Notes under the pieces: model-generated
Databases searched by the model: none
Told to the model about the DNA's origin: nothing
What the model saw: the letters and a program-made list of their open reading frames with translations, nothing else
Part shown: positions 13,243-25,467 of the stretch, in pieces
Layout of the letters: the number at the start of each line of letters is the position of its first letter
Position numbering within the stretch: the stretch's first letter is position 1
Translations under genes and position numbers: made by a program
NCBI GenBank assembly: GCA_047495785.1
Contig: JBLDXI010000055.1
Span: 992,001 to 1,056,000, forward strand
Direction of reading: 5' to 3'
DNA: 64,000 nt
Source: Lepidodermella squamata
Taxonomy: Eukaryota > Animalia > Gastrotricha

Positions 13243-13298
13243 ATCAGCCGAATTCGAACGCAAAATCGCCTCAGTTCCATCATTCAGGCGTACCGACC

Positions 13299-13314
13299 GG
13301 CCCTTTTCAGGGCC
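13299..13314 (+). terminator. Histone 3' stem-loop of H3
   Basis: GGCCCTTTTCAGGGCC followed by ACAA. Confidence 0.95.
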
Positions 13315-14475
13315 ACAAGTTGTTGCAACAGTGTCAGAAATGTTTCTTAACTGAACGGAATAAAACAATTCAAAGGCTAATTCAAAGGGAATTACCATAG
13401 GGGAGGGTTGGTTTCAAGGATTAAATCTTAAACGAGAAATCGATGATTTTTTGGTAACAAAGGTGTGCTGTGTGTAAATTATCCCCGATTCAGCAAGATG
13501 TCTTACTGATTATTGACGGTCGAAATCATTTTAGAATAAATTTTGCGGCAATTCTACGCTGATTTGCATACGGAATGGCATCGGGAGTTTTCTGCTTAAC
13601 TTTGGGTCAAATTTCGAAAAAAATATGAAAAATGGCGCATCTGTTTTACAGGAAAATAGATAAAAATACATTTAAATACAAATTAACCGATTTTCACTTG
13701 AATTCCAGGTTACAGCCCTGCAAAAGCAAATCGTAGGATCTTCATTGTTCATTCGATAACTTGAAAGGCAACGCACATAGGATATACCCATGCCAATTTT
13801 TGTCCCAAAATAATGGTTTGTTTGGGAGATAAGAGAGGGGGTGGGGTGTGGGGTCACAAAACGACATATGTGTTGCATTGCTTATTTCTTAAAAATCAAG
13901 TATTGCTCCAATCCAAGACTTTCACCATTCGAAAGCTCAAACGACGGGCAATTTTATGCACAAAACACAGTATGGTTCTGCCCTTCGGTGTTGCAGCGCC
14001 CAAAGTATCAATAGTCAAGGTGTCCAGAGTTACCCTGTCCGAACATTTTCTTTGCTACGGCATTTTTAAAGCCAAAAATCAAGCTGCACGTAAACACACC
14101 ATTTTTATCTTATCCCCCTGGGCGGACAACTCATTTTTTATTCTCTCAGTAATCAGTATGTATGATGACAACAGGCGAGTCACTAAAGCATTTAGCAGTA
14201 GGCCGTCGTATAGGCACCATTTCCTATTGGGCGACAAAATAATCGCAGTTCTTATTATCTTTTGTTTGTTCGAAGGCGAATCGGCATTTTATCACGACTT
14301 CCCGCCTCCTAGACTGCGTGAGAGAGCGAGTGCACGGTGGCACCACTCTTCGCCCGGTTAACACAGAAGAACAAGACAAAAAGCGCATAGTCGCAATTCA
14401 CTTATCACATTACCGTTTCTGTCATTGCAAATCTCATCTTAGTATAATTAGCAATTAATTCACAAGGATAATCAC

Positions 14476-17400
14476 ATGTATCTAAAAGCGGCAGCTATAT
14501 TTGTAAGCGTAGCGGAAAACTTAACGAATTTAAGGAGTTGAGAATGATGTTTTTCGCAACAGGTTGTAGCTGCGTTGGCGTTTTCCGGCGCTAATGGCGA
14601 CTGCGTGATGCGCGGGCGATGCGGCTTCAATCAAGACAAGCCCACGGCGCCACCCCTCAACTGCGTGTACCCAGGCGAACCTATGCCCATCGAAGAAGAG
14701 TCAAGTAAGTTTCGATATAAGAAATCAAGGAAACATTATTGAGCGAATTTTCTTATAGCTGTGGATATTTTGCGCGAAGTCTGTCCGCATTTGTTGTATG
14801 GCGAGGAGGACCCATACGCCGTAGATCTCTGCTGCGATGATGCTCAAGTCGAAGGCATGTACCAAGACTTGCAGCAAATCGTCGGTCTTTTCGGCCGTTG
14901 CCCTCAATGCCTGTACACTTTCTACCGATTCATCTGCGACACAACTTGCTCGCCGAAACAGAGCGAATTCATGACAGTTGTTGAATCTAAACCAATCAAC
15001 CCTGCCATTCCGTTCATTCAACAAGTAACGAACGTCAATTACTATCTGAGTGATGATTTCGCCTATGGAATGTTCAATTCGTGCTCGAACGTACTTTTCC
15101 CATCGACTGGCCAACGAGTTGTCGAAGTCATGTGTCAAAACGCTGGTTTCGGCCCGGAGCAGTGCGGGATCTCTCAGTTCCTGCAGGGTACCGGTAACGT
15201 TGAAGTAGCCCAGGTCCCGTTCCAGATGACACATTGCTTCACTGGAAATGACATCAAAGGCAATTGTAAAGAATACGAACCTGAGGAGGATTTCAACCCG
15301 ATGGTAGCTCCGGTTTTCAAATGCTACGAGCCAATGGAAGACGTTGGCTATTGGGAGGATGAATCACCCTGTTCGTGTTCCGATTGCAAGGAACAATGCC
15401 CGATTCAGATCGAACCGGAGCCGGTGGTACCTTGGGTGATCGCTGATCTACCTGGGCCGTTGTTCATCGCAGTCATTGTCGCTCCTATCGTCGCTGTTTT
15501 GTTCCTCGGCATTTGCATTTTCATTTCGATGCAACAATCCAAGGATGAGAAGGAAGATTTGAAGCCGTCCTGGCGGCAGGAGACTGCTTATAAAATTGAC
15601 AAGGCCCTGCGTAGAGTTTTCTACCGATGGGGACACTTTTGCGCGAGAAATCCAATCCTGATCCTCCTTATTGGTTTTCTTGTATCTGTTGTCTTCATTC
15701 TCGCCATCATTTTGATCAACCGCCCGCCGATTACTGACCCTGTCGAGTTGTGGGCGGCTCCAACTTCGAAGACAAAGCTGCAAAAGGACTATTTCGACCA
15801 GCATTTCGGCCCATTTTATCGCACGACCCAAATCATTGTCAGACCGATTAGCTACGAGTTGGTCGAGCAAGTTTATACCGGCGAGTGTTTCCCAGGTGAT
15901 AGCCCGGATGATTTCAAGAAATACCCAGACAATCTTCTTCAATACTCGAACATGACCGGCGTGTTCCGCGAAAAGTTTTTGGACGCTCTGATGCAGCTGC
16001 AGCTCGATATCATGAAACTGACTGTTGAATACGAGGGCCAGACTGTGCATCTTCAGGATGTCTGCTTCAAGCCGCTTGAGCCTGATATTATGGAATGTAC
16101 CATCACCAGCGTTTTCAACTATTTCCAGAACAGTTACGAAAAGTTCAAACGAGAGCTGTGCTATCCTCGTTTCGACGGCGATTTGACGCCTCCTATCTCG
16201 AATTACCTGAATATTATCGATCAATGCCTTTTGTAAGGAATTCGAACTATTTTTTGACCTTGTTATAGCTATTTTCGATTATAGGACACCTTCTGATTTG
16301 AAGTGCTTGGGCGATTTCGGTGGTCCAGTTTTCCCGTGGGTTGCTCTCGGTGGCTTCGGAGGAGGTGCAAACTACCGCAACGCAACTGCCATTGTCATCA
16401 CAATCCTAATTAACAACGAAATAAAACAGGACGAATACGACACGAAAGCGAACGGCGCGGCGAAAGCGTGGGAGCAGAATTTGATCAACTACCTTCATAA
16501 CTACACGGCCCACATGAGTATGGACCACCGCGATCCGGCCGCGTTCTCCTTCAGTTTCCAAACTGAGCGATCGATTGAGGACGAAATCGATCGACAGTCG
16601 AACGCTGATCAACTTACAATTGTCATTTCTTACGTCGTCATGTTCGCATACATCGCCATTGCCCTCGGCCAATATCGACCATTCACTCACTTTTTCGTAA
16701 GAAATTATTAGGAAATTCGCTCTTTGAGTTTTAATTTTTCGAAAATTCAGATCAATGTCAAACCGACTCTTGGTGTTGCCGGTGTCCTTATTGTGACATT
16801 CTCCGTCACCTCGAGTATAGGATTTTGGCAGTTTGTCGGAACTCGAATGACCCTCATCATCTTGGAAGTCGTTCCTTTCCTAGGTAAATTTCTTAAATTA
16901 TTGAAAAATTCACCTAATTTTTTTCATAAAGTTCTTGCCGTTGGTGTCGACAACATTTTCATCGTCGTTCAGTCGTACCAACGCGCGACCTTCCCACGAG
17001 AAATGCCAGTTGAAGAACGAGTCGCCGAGATTGTGTCCGAAATTGGCCCGAGCATGTTGATGACCTCGATCGCCGAAGCAGTCGCGTTCTTCCTCGGCGC
17101 CCTCACCGACATGCCTGCCGTCTACATCTTCTCGCTGTACGCCGGCATGGCCGTTCTTATGAATTTCATCCTCCAAATTTCCTGCTTCGTCTGCCTGTTG
17201 ACTCTTGACGCCCGTCGAACCATGCAGAACCGCCTCGACGTCTGCTGCTGCGTTCAATCAACCTGCGTCGCTGAGAGCCACGAAAACAAAAAGGGCGTCA
17301 TTTTCACGATTTTCGAAAAAATTTACGCGCCAATTGTTTTCAACAAATTCGTCCGCCCGCTTGTCCTACCGATTTTCATCGCCCTCGGCATTCTATCGTG

Positions 17401-18995
17401 CGGCTTAATCCCGAGTGTTGGCCTGGGTCTTGATCAAAAGCTATCAATGCCTCTCGATTCCTATGTCCTGAGGTATCTGAACGACCTTAGCGATTACTTG
17501 GAAGTTGGCGCCCCGGTGTATTTTGTTGTTAAAGACGGCTACAACTACTCGGTTTACGACGAAAATAACACGCTAACTCTGTCGCAAAATGCAATCTGCG
17601 GCGCGTCTGGCTGCGCGCCTGATTCTCTGGCTTCGCAACTTGTCCTCGCCTCGCAGCGCTCGAAAGAATCGCGTATTGCAACGCCACCTATGGCTTGGCT
17701 GGATGAGTATTACGATTGGTACAAATCGTGTTGTAACCTGTACAAGGGTAATATGACATACTGCCCGACCCCGATAGCGAAAGACCCGGCATTTTCTTCG
17801 CTATGTGGGCCTTGCTCTTCGCTATTGAATAACAAGAGACGAGTGCCTAAGGACTACTTTGATTATTTGCTGGAAGCTTTCCTTGCCGAAAATCCGGGTG
17901 AAATCTGCCCGAAGGGGTATGAGAATCTTCTTCCTGTATAAAATGAGTTTACATTTATTGTAAACAGAGGACACGCTGGTTATGCCGCATCGGTTGAACT
18001 GGTACCAATCAACACCAAAGGTTTCAATCGAATCGGAGCAACTAATTTTATGACGTAAATACCTTATCATTTCTAATAAAAAAAATTATTAAATTAATCA
18101 AAATTAGGTACCACACTATTTTGAAGACATCAGTCGATTTCACGGACGGTTTGCGCCAGGCGTACAAAATCGCCGATGAAATTTCTGAAGTGACCAAGCA
18201 GTACGGCGCCGAGGTGTTCCCGTATTGTATCACTTATGTCTTCTACGAGCAATACCTAACCATCGTCGATAGTACCCTGCTGAACGTAGGCGTCAGTCTC
18301 GCCGCTGTTTTCTTCATCTCGTTCATCCTGCTTGGTATTGACCTATGGGCAGCTTCCATCCTTATTCTAGTAATTCTGTTCGTGCTCGTCGACATGCTCG
18401 GCTGCATGTACCTGTGGGACATTGAACTCAACGCCGTGTCGCTCGTCAACCTTGTCATGTGCGTCGGCATCACCGTCGAATTCTGTTCCCATCTTATCCG
18501 CCACTTTGTCCAGTCCGATATCGCTGGACGAGCTGAACGGGCTCGGTATTCACTCGAGCAAATGGGCTCGTCCGTGTTTTCTGGAATCACCCTGACAAAA
18601 CTCGGCGGTATTGTTGTCCTGGGCTTTTCGACATCCCGGCTTTTCCAGGTATGATTCACCCTGAACACTATAGTAGCCACAACTAATTTTTCCTTTATAA
18701 AAAGGTGTTTTACTTCCGCATGTTCCTGCTCATGGTCGTCCTTGGAGCCGCTCACGGCCTTATTTTCCTGCCAGTACTGCTTAGCTACTTCGGCCCTCCG
18801 TCGAATCCGCTGTACCGACTCGAGAAAAAGCGCCATGGTGGTCATGGCAAAGATGGCGTCAAGTCATCGATGAAACCTGCCTCCAAGTCGGATGACATTA
18901 AAATGGCCGTCATCACCCAACCCAGCAACACCCTTCAGAACCCAGCCTCAGCGCCCTACTACATCGTCCCGCCTGTCAAGAAGAGCGAATTTTAG
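14476..18995 (+). CDS. NPC1: Niemann-Pick C1-family sterol transporter (multi-exon)
   Basis: Signal peptide MYLKAAAIF|[12 protein letters not shown], Cys-rich NTD ([21 protein letters not shown]), [20 protein letters not shown], sterol-sensing domain EVVPFL|[43 protein letters not shown]. Confidence 0.95.
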
Positions 18996-19361
18996 CGCGG
19001 CCTTTTCATCATAATTAGCCAAATAATTTATCAAAATTCACTAAAAAGGACTCATCTGTTTAACTAAGAATCACGAAGAAATAATGAGATATTGGAAGAA
19101 AAATGTGCCGATTTTATTCAGTGCTTTTTGCCCGTGAGGAGATTCAATAAAATAGTGCTAATTTTCTATTCATAATAATTTTTGAAAATTATGCTCTATT
19201 TCAGCTGCGAACCCTGTTGTTGTGTAATGGCAATCGTAGCCTGTGTTACGGTGAACACTACAGCAAATTTCTATTTAAACCAGGAAATTTCTTGAACTTG
19301 ATCAAATCTCACCTCTCAAGTCGATTCAATCAACTGTTTTATCAATTTTTTCTACATTAAG

Positions 19362-20258
19362 ATGTTCCAAGCTCCAGCTTTTTACCCTTCAGCGCCATTC
19401 GCGCATCAGGCTTTCTTACCTGACTATTCAGCCTTATCGCCACTGCAACAATGCCTGGTTTGTGGCCTTGGACCTAATCAATTGCATGCCCACAATTTTG
19501 CGATCAATCAGCCGTATCCGTTTTCAAGCGGATTCGTGCCATTTGTACCATGGACAGCTCCACTGGTTCCTCATATTCCTGCGCCACCGGTCAGCTTCGC
19601 CCTTCCGCCGCGAGTTCCTGAATTTGTGATTTGACCTTTTTCGCCTCAAAAATAAGTTCAATTACTCTTTTTTTAGCTACCATCATCGTTCGAGGAGTTT
19701 TCGTACCTGCCGCCTCTTATGTCATCGCGTTATTACCAAGCAACGCTCCGCCCAATGAACGTCCGAGTCATCGAAAGCGGCAAGCACGAAGAAAAACGCG
19801 AAGAAACGAAGGCGACTGAAGAAACGAAGACAAAGAAGACTGAACAACGGAAGACTGAGGCGGCGACTGAAGAAGCGAAGACAAAGAAGACTGAACAACC
19901 GAAGACTGAGGCGGTGATCGGTAAAATTGAGGGCAAAATCGCACTGGTTGGCGCTGAGATCCCGACTGGCGTAGCGGCCAAAACGACTGAAAGCAAGGAA
20001 AGCAAGGAGAAGACGACGACGACTGAAAAGCGCGACGCCGCTGTCACGGCGAAAAGCGGCGAGGAAAAGCGCGAAGAGCAGCAGGTTGGGAAAGCTGAAG
20101 AAGAGCGTAAAGCGACCGCTGTTACAACCGGCTCTGGTAAAAGTCCGCTGACCAGCGTTGGAAACGTCAAGCATTCGAAACGAGCTAGCGATGAGAAAGG
20201 CAAGCAGCAAAGTCAGCCGCAAGAAGCTGCACGCCGCCAAGAAACCACTAATATCTAA
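19362..20258 (+). CDS. Orphan protein: Pro/aromatic-rich N-terminus, Lys/Glu/Thr-rich disordered C-terminus (2 exons; donor at 19590 or 19626, acceptor AG ending 19676)
   Basis: Two ORFs joinable by a phase-0 GT..TTTTAG intron; TATTTAAA near 19272; AATAAA near 20337; two 51-nt tandem repeats. Confidence 0.6.
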
Positions 20259-20560
20259 ATTTTTTAACATCTAAAACAACAGGCCCTGTTATTAGAAAGC
20301 TGCAACCTTTGTACAAATAATTGTACCATAATTCAAATAAAAAAGTGTAAATAATTCATGGTGTAATCCATATTTTTGCTCATTTTTTCGGTATCGTGTG
20401 ATCAAAGTTCCTGCCTTATAATCCGGCTTCGCCATGCATTTTGAATGAATTCCGCCAATAATAATTATGAATAGATTATACCGTATTTTCTAAAAAGTAT
20501 CTGGCGGGTTAAAAACACGATCGAATAGCTATAAAATTAAGTTGGCGCGTTAAGTAAATG

Positions 20561-20856
20561 GCTGGAAGCAGTGGCGCGCTTCTGTAACTCAGCGACTTGA
20601 GAGCCGGGCTTGCCGAATGGCTGGCCGGTGGGAGCCCTGTCTCTGGATGTCACATGTCGATCGAGCGCCCCGTGTAAGTACGCCATCAACATGGTCGGTG
20701 CGGCGGAGGCCGTACTGCCCAGGTTGCGTAATGACACGTCAAAGGTCAGGTCCTAACGGAAGCAGCCTAACGATGTGCGTGGTGAGCGGTACCGGGACAG
20801 TGCTTGTGAATGTGCGCCTTAGCCAGCCCATCGGTTCAGCTGGACGCAAATCTTTT
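20561..20856 (+). ncRNA. Signal recognition particle RNA (7SL)
   Basis: 5' Alu domain GCTGGAAGCAGTGGCGCGCTTCTGTAACTCAGCGACTTG (UGUNR motif); helix 6 TGCGGC-GGAG-GCCGTA; helix 8 GGTCAGGTCC-TAAC-GGAAGCAGCC; ~295 nt; oligo-T Pol III terminator 20853-20859; TATAAAA at 20530. Confidence 0.9.
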
Positions 20857-20989
20857 TTTCCTTTTCTATTTTTTAATATTTTTAAAAATAATTGATATAG
20901 TGAATTGTGGTTTATGGATATCATCGTTATGTTGTTATAAGTCAAGAAATGTTTCGTGAAGATCGAATTTAATTGACCCAAAAAAAATT

Positions 20990-21156
20990 TTCTTGTTTAG
21001 CGGCAAAGTTTTGAAGTTAGGTCCACGGTAGATTGGGACCAAGCCAGCCGGATTCAGATGAGTTAAACTCTTGAAGCTCCCAGCAACAGTTTGATCCATA
21101 TTGATAGCCGAAGCTACGGCCGGAATCTGTGCGACTTTGCGTAGCCATTTTAAAAT
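20990..21156 (-). pseudogene. 3' fragment of Xi-class GST
   Basis: ILKWLRKVAQIPAVASAINMDQTVAGSFKSLTHLNPAGLVPIYRGP closely matches the C-terminus of 22574..23550; no upstream coding part. Confidence 0.8.
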
Positions 21157-21276
21157 GTCCTTTCCCAAGTTGGCTCGCATATAACTCTCAGCTTTTCTTA
21201 TCAGTGAAATCGATGCTCTTAACCGAATGTATTTGCGAGCTGAAATGATCCAAAAGATCCAAAAGACTGGAAATCG

Positions 21277-22326
21277 TGCATATACCCCTAGGCCAAGTAT
21301 ATGTTAGGGCTATATGTAATTATATGTTTACATAATTTTACATATTGGACAGTTGATTTTCACATATTGGACACTTGATTTTTTAAGGAGGAGCACATAT
21401 TGGACAGTTGTCTATTGTTCAGACCCGTGAAACTCATGAAACCCAAGAAACCTGAGGAACCCAAAATAGCTTTATTATTCAAAATCTCTTGGAAAAGCTG
21501 GGGCGGCTCGAAAATCTGGCAGCATTCACCCCTGATACCGAGAAAATCGAGCAGCAATCGTCCCCAATTCCGACAAAATCGAGCAGCATTCGGCCACAAT
21601 TCAGTGAAAATCGAGCAGCAGTCAGCTCCGATGTCGATAAAACCCAGAACTCCACCGGGACAATTACGAAATCCGAGCAGCAGTCGCCCTTAGTGTTGAG
21701 AAAATCGCGAAGCATTCTTCTTGGATCCTGGAAATTGTCAAAACGGCGCCGTATTCGTCTTGCATTTCGTACCATTCCATCAGCCTTCGTTCCTGGCTCG
21801 AACCGGTTCGACGACACGCTTCCTCGTACGGGATCGAAACCTTGATTGAGCTTGAGATCGACAATAATCAGATCGGCGAACTAGTTGCCATGAGCCGAAT
21901 TCACTCGCCTGGTTGATTTGATGAGCCGACAGTTAAAATAGCTCGAGCAATTGTGCGATTCTTCATCGTAGCAGCGTGCCAGTTTGACGCGAAGATCCGG
22001 CGGCAAAAAAGCGAGTGACAATCAAAACGAAAATCGACCGAATGAGCGTTTGATTTAAAAATGGCGAAAAGCTCAGTTTTTGATGAAAAATTAAGTTGGA
22101 TGTTTTATTTTCCCATTTTCCATGATTTTTTAACCTTCGCAACGTGGGGGTAGGTATTTCAATGGAGCCCTGGCAATCGGTAGATACTACTATGCCTCGG
22201 GGTATATGCAAATATTGGACTTATAGTCGTAAATATGTTAAAAAACCTCACATAAAACGTCCTCGCCTGCGGCTCGGCCATTATATGTTCGGTTTTTCAA
22301 CATATTTCCTCCTCTATGTCCAATAT
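21277..22326. mobile_element. Probable non-autonomous element with inverted repeats, internal tandem repeats and terminal hairpin
   Basis: TGCATATACCCCTAGGC (21277-21293) is a 16/17 inverted match to 22194-22210; three CATATTGGACA copies in 21340-21410; hairpin 22212-22326. Confidence 0.5.
21511..21715 (+). repeat. Degenerate ~32-bp minisatellite with core AAAATCGAGCAGCA
   Basis: Core or variants near 21512, 21543, 21575, 21607, 21669, 21701. Confidence 0.7.
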
Positions 22327-22573
22327 ATACACATATACTGCGTATATCAAATGAATTATGATTTGCGTTGGTTACAGCCTGTGCTGGGAAAGACCCTATT
22401 GGATCGCAAGACCTGAAGACCTGTGATAGAAAAGGATATTGCTGGATTTTGACAGTCATTTAATATATTTATTTAAATTATTCAGTTTCACGTTTGCTGC
22501 GACAAATGTACATTAATATGGCATTGGATTTGCACGATTTAACGGCTTACAGTCAAGTCATTTTTCCCAAGTT

Positions 22574-23550
22574 TCAATGGACCCAAGCAAAATCTTTATC
22601 GCTAAGCGGCATCGCCGGCGTCGTAAGATCAGGGCCGCGGTAGAGAGGAACCAAACCAGCTGGGTTCAACTGATTCTTACTCTTGAAGCTACCAGTCACA
22701 ATTTGATTCATATCGATCGCCGCAGCTACGCCTGGAATCTGCGCGACCTTCCGCAGCCATTTCAGAATATGAGGATAATCGTTTTCGTTTCTCAGCGATT
22801 TCAAATTCAGCTTGAATAACGGCTCGTAGACAGTGGGAGCACGTAAAATCCACGGCAGGACATGGATGTCAGCTTCGGTCATTACATTTCCAGCTATGAA
22901 AGGACGGCTTGCCAGCAAGTTGTTAAGCTTATCCAATCCGGCGAAGAAGCGTTTAGTCCCTTCCTCATAATCAACCTGATTCTTGGAAAAGCCGGCCTTC
23001 ATTGCCTGACTCATAATCTCTTCGGTCATAAACTTGATCTGCGCGTCGATCTCGCCAGCTAAATTAGCTGGGTGAAGGTCGATCTTCCGTCCTTTGATTA
23101 CACCGTCGAAAGCTTTGTCCAACATATGGACAATGTCGCCATTTTCAGTGTTATTGACCACAGTTTTCGTCTTCGAATCGAATAGCATAGGCAAAGATCC
23201 ATTGACGGCTACGTCAGGCTTGGCCAGTTTGTAAACTTCTTTAAGGTATTTCGCACCTAAGATCGGATCGGTTCCTAGGGCGGGATCGAAAGCCCATCCA
23301 GTTTCCGACGAGTAAACCGGGTCTAGTATTACGAGTTTCACCGCATCGCCAAGATTCTTCACTGACCATGCGAGCATAGTACGCTGAGCCTGGAATAAGA
23401 TAAGATAGGGTTGAAAGCCTATTTTTTACGAGAATCTTTATATATTACATAAGGGCAAAGGTAGGATGCATATAAAATGTATCGCCCAGCCTCTGGCTTG
23501 TATGTAGGGTGATCGTTCGAAATAATCTCACGGAATTCGCTGGCCGCCAT
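22574..23550 (-). CDS. Glutathionyl-hydroquinone reductase (Xi-class GST) 2; exons 23550-23449, 23389-22574
   Basis: MAASEFREIISNDHPTYKPEAGRYILYASYLCPY|AQRTML; intron at the same position as copy 1; DYPHILKWLR, LNPAGLVP. Confidence 0.9.
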
Positions 23551-24165
23551 TTAGATTCAGCTTTACAGAAATTATAACTTTTGTTCGGTTTATAGCAGAG
23601 CTATGAGGAATAATACTGAATGAGCGATAAGAGGAGCAGGTTTTTTTGGCCTCCTTTCACCCAGTGATACAAATAATATTACTACGCGCACGTGTCGTGT
23701 GTAAATAGAGTGCGCGTTTCATTTTGATCAATAAACCGATGTGCATTATTCATAAAAAATGACTGACTTTTTCCTTAGTGTGTGCTTCCCGCAATAAACT
23801 ACGTCTACCTGTTACGAATATTCAATACTTTTATAATGAAATCGAAGCTGGTCGGTTTTACTAACGGCCGACGGCCGACGATGGCCGAATAATAATGAAA
23901 TGGGATAAATATAACGGAAAGTGATGCAAAAGAAGCTGCTCAAAGGTACGAAAAGCGCCTGTCTTTGAAAGAGGGACACAGATCACAATATGGGACATGG
24001 GATATCTCGCCGCTTTCAAGCTTTGTGTAATGACCTCGCCGATGTCTTGTGTTATAGAATAATAACCTATGAATCTTGCGCAATACAGTTCTGCAGCTAT
24101 TAAAAGGACGCAAAATCTTCGCAAAATGATTGCCAAGTCAGCTTGAAGCAGCGTGAAATCCGAGA

Positions 24166-25113
24166 ATGCTTCCGTGGATAAAATACCCGACGGCGACTGC
24201 GCCACATAACCTTCACCACTATCACACCGGGGCAGCGTCATTAGTGCCGCAAAAATTCGACATCTACAACAGCGGAGTGTCTCCAACCGTTGGTCCTTAC
24301 CAATCGTCTCCATTCGCTGGACCAACTTGGCCCGGAATTGGTGCTTGGAACTACCCAACGGCTACAACACCGTGGGTCAACCCGTCGCAATTTGCTGGCG
24401 TTACTCCCGATTGGACAACTGCTGCTCGAAATCAGTTCGGTAGCAACTTCCCTTGGGCTGCAAATAATTACTCGACTGAGCTAAGCTTGTTCCCGAACCG
24501 ACCCGGCAACTACCTGGAATGCTATAGCGCACAGAACCCGATTTGTTGGGACAACGCCGGAAATCGCTGGTGTAACGTTTACTTCGACTTGCGCGGTTTC
24601 AGGCCGGACGAAATCAACTGTACGATCGATGGCAAGAACCACTGCATCTGTGTCGAGGCTTCACAGGAGTGTAAGAACGAGGGTGCTGGCTACATCAAGC
24701 GAACTTACAACCGCAAGTACTGTTTTCCCGACTATTTAAAGAAGCTCGAGCTCAACAAATGCGACTTCAAATGCTGGTTGAACCAAAACGGAGTTCTTTG
24801 CTGCGAAGCAGTTTTGCCTAAGGTATAAGCGTTTTGTCTATATTCTGAAATTTTCACATGATTTTCACTGTTTTAGTTTACGCTAGAAGAAGCCCGATCG
24901 TGGTCACCATCAGCTGGCTGGCAAAGCGGATCGTATCCAGGATTTGCGAGCCAAGTTTATCCTGTTTGTGTCAAAACATCAGGCGAACCAAGCTCGGGAG
25001 GCGCGGCTGCGACGGGGACCACCACGGCGACATCCTCCGTTGCTAAAACGACAGCAGCTGGACAGCCCAGCTCGGGCAAGAGCGGAACGGCGGAAACTCA
25101 AACAAAGCATTAA
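24166..25113 (+). CDS. Small heat shock protein 4, cysteine-rich ACD; exons 24166-24822, 24877-25113
   Basis: YFDLRGFRPDEINCTID..WLNQNGVLCCEAVLPK|FTLEEARS..VYPVCVKT; intron after LPK as in sHSP1. Confidence 0.88.
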
Positions 25114-25467
25114 CAATTTTCACTTCTGACTCTTTTACGGCTCATTTGAGCCACTATTATTGTGATAAATAATGATGAGAGGTGAGTAAAAATAACACGA
25201 GGTCTCCGAATAATTTGAATCCTTTATTAACCTAGAATAAAATCTGTGTAGAATTGCGAGAAATCACGGCCGATTTTTTGCTAGCCACCAGAAAAAAATT
25301 AAGGCGGCTACTAGCATGGTATGAATCGAGTTGCGTCACACGGTTCGAAAATCACGCGCGTGAATTTTGCGTTACGGTCGCGTGACACTTTTTTGATACT
25401 ATTCGATATTACGATGATTATTGTTGCTGTAATATTTTTCCGATAAATCGTCTTACACTATTGAAAT

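Noticed and set aside
13813-14361. 182-aa ORF upstream of NPC1
   Set aside because: No recognisable motifs or coding-like composition; probably repeat-derived or promoter DNA.
19722-20270. Hydrophobic minus-strand ORFs of 182 and 156 aa
   Set aside because: Antisense shadows of the Lys/Glu-rich plus-strand exon.
21511-21715. Regularly spaced repeats as a CRISPR-like array
   Set aside because: Eukaryotic context, short degenerate cores, partly similar spacers and no cas genes; a minisatellite.
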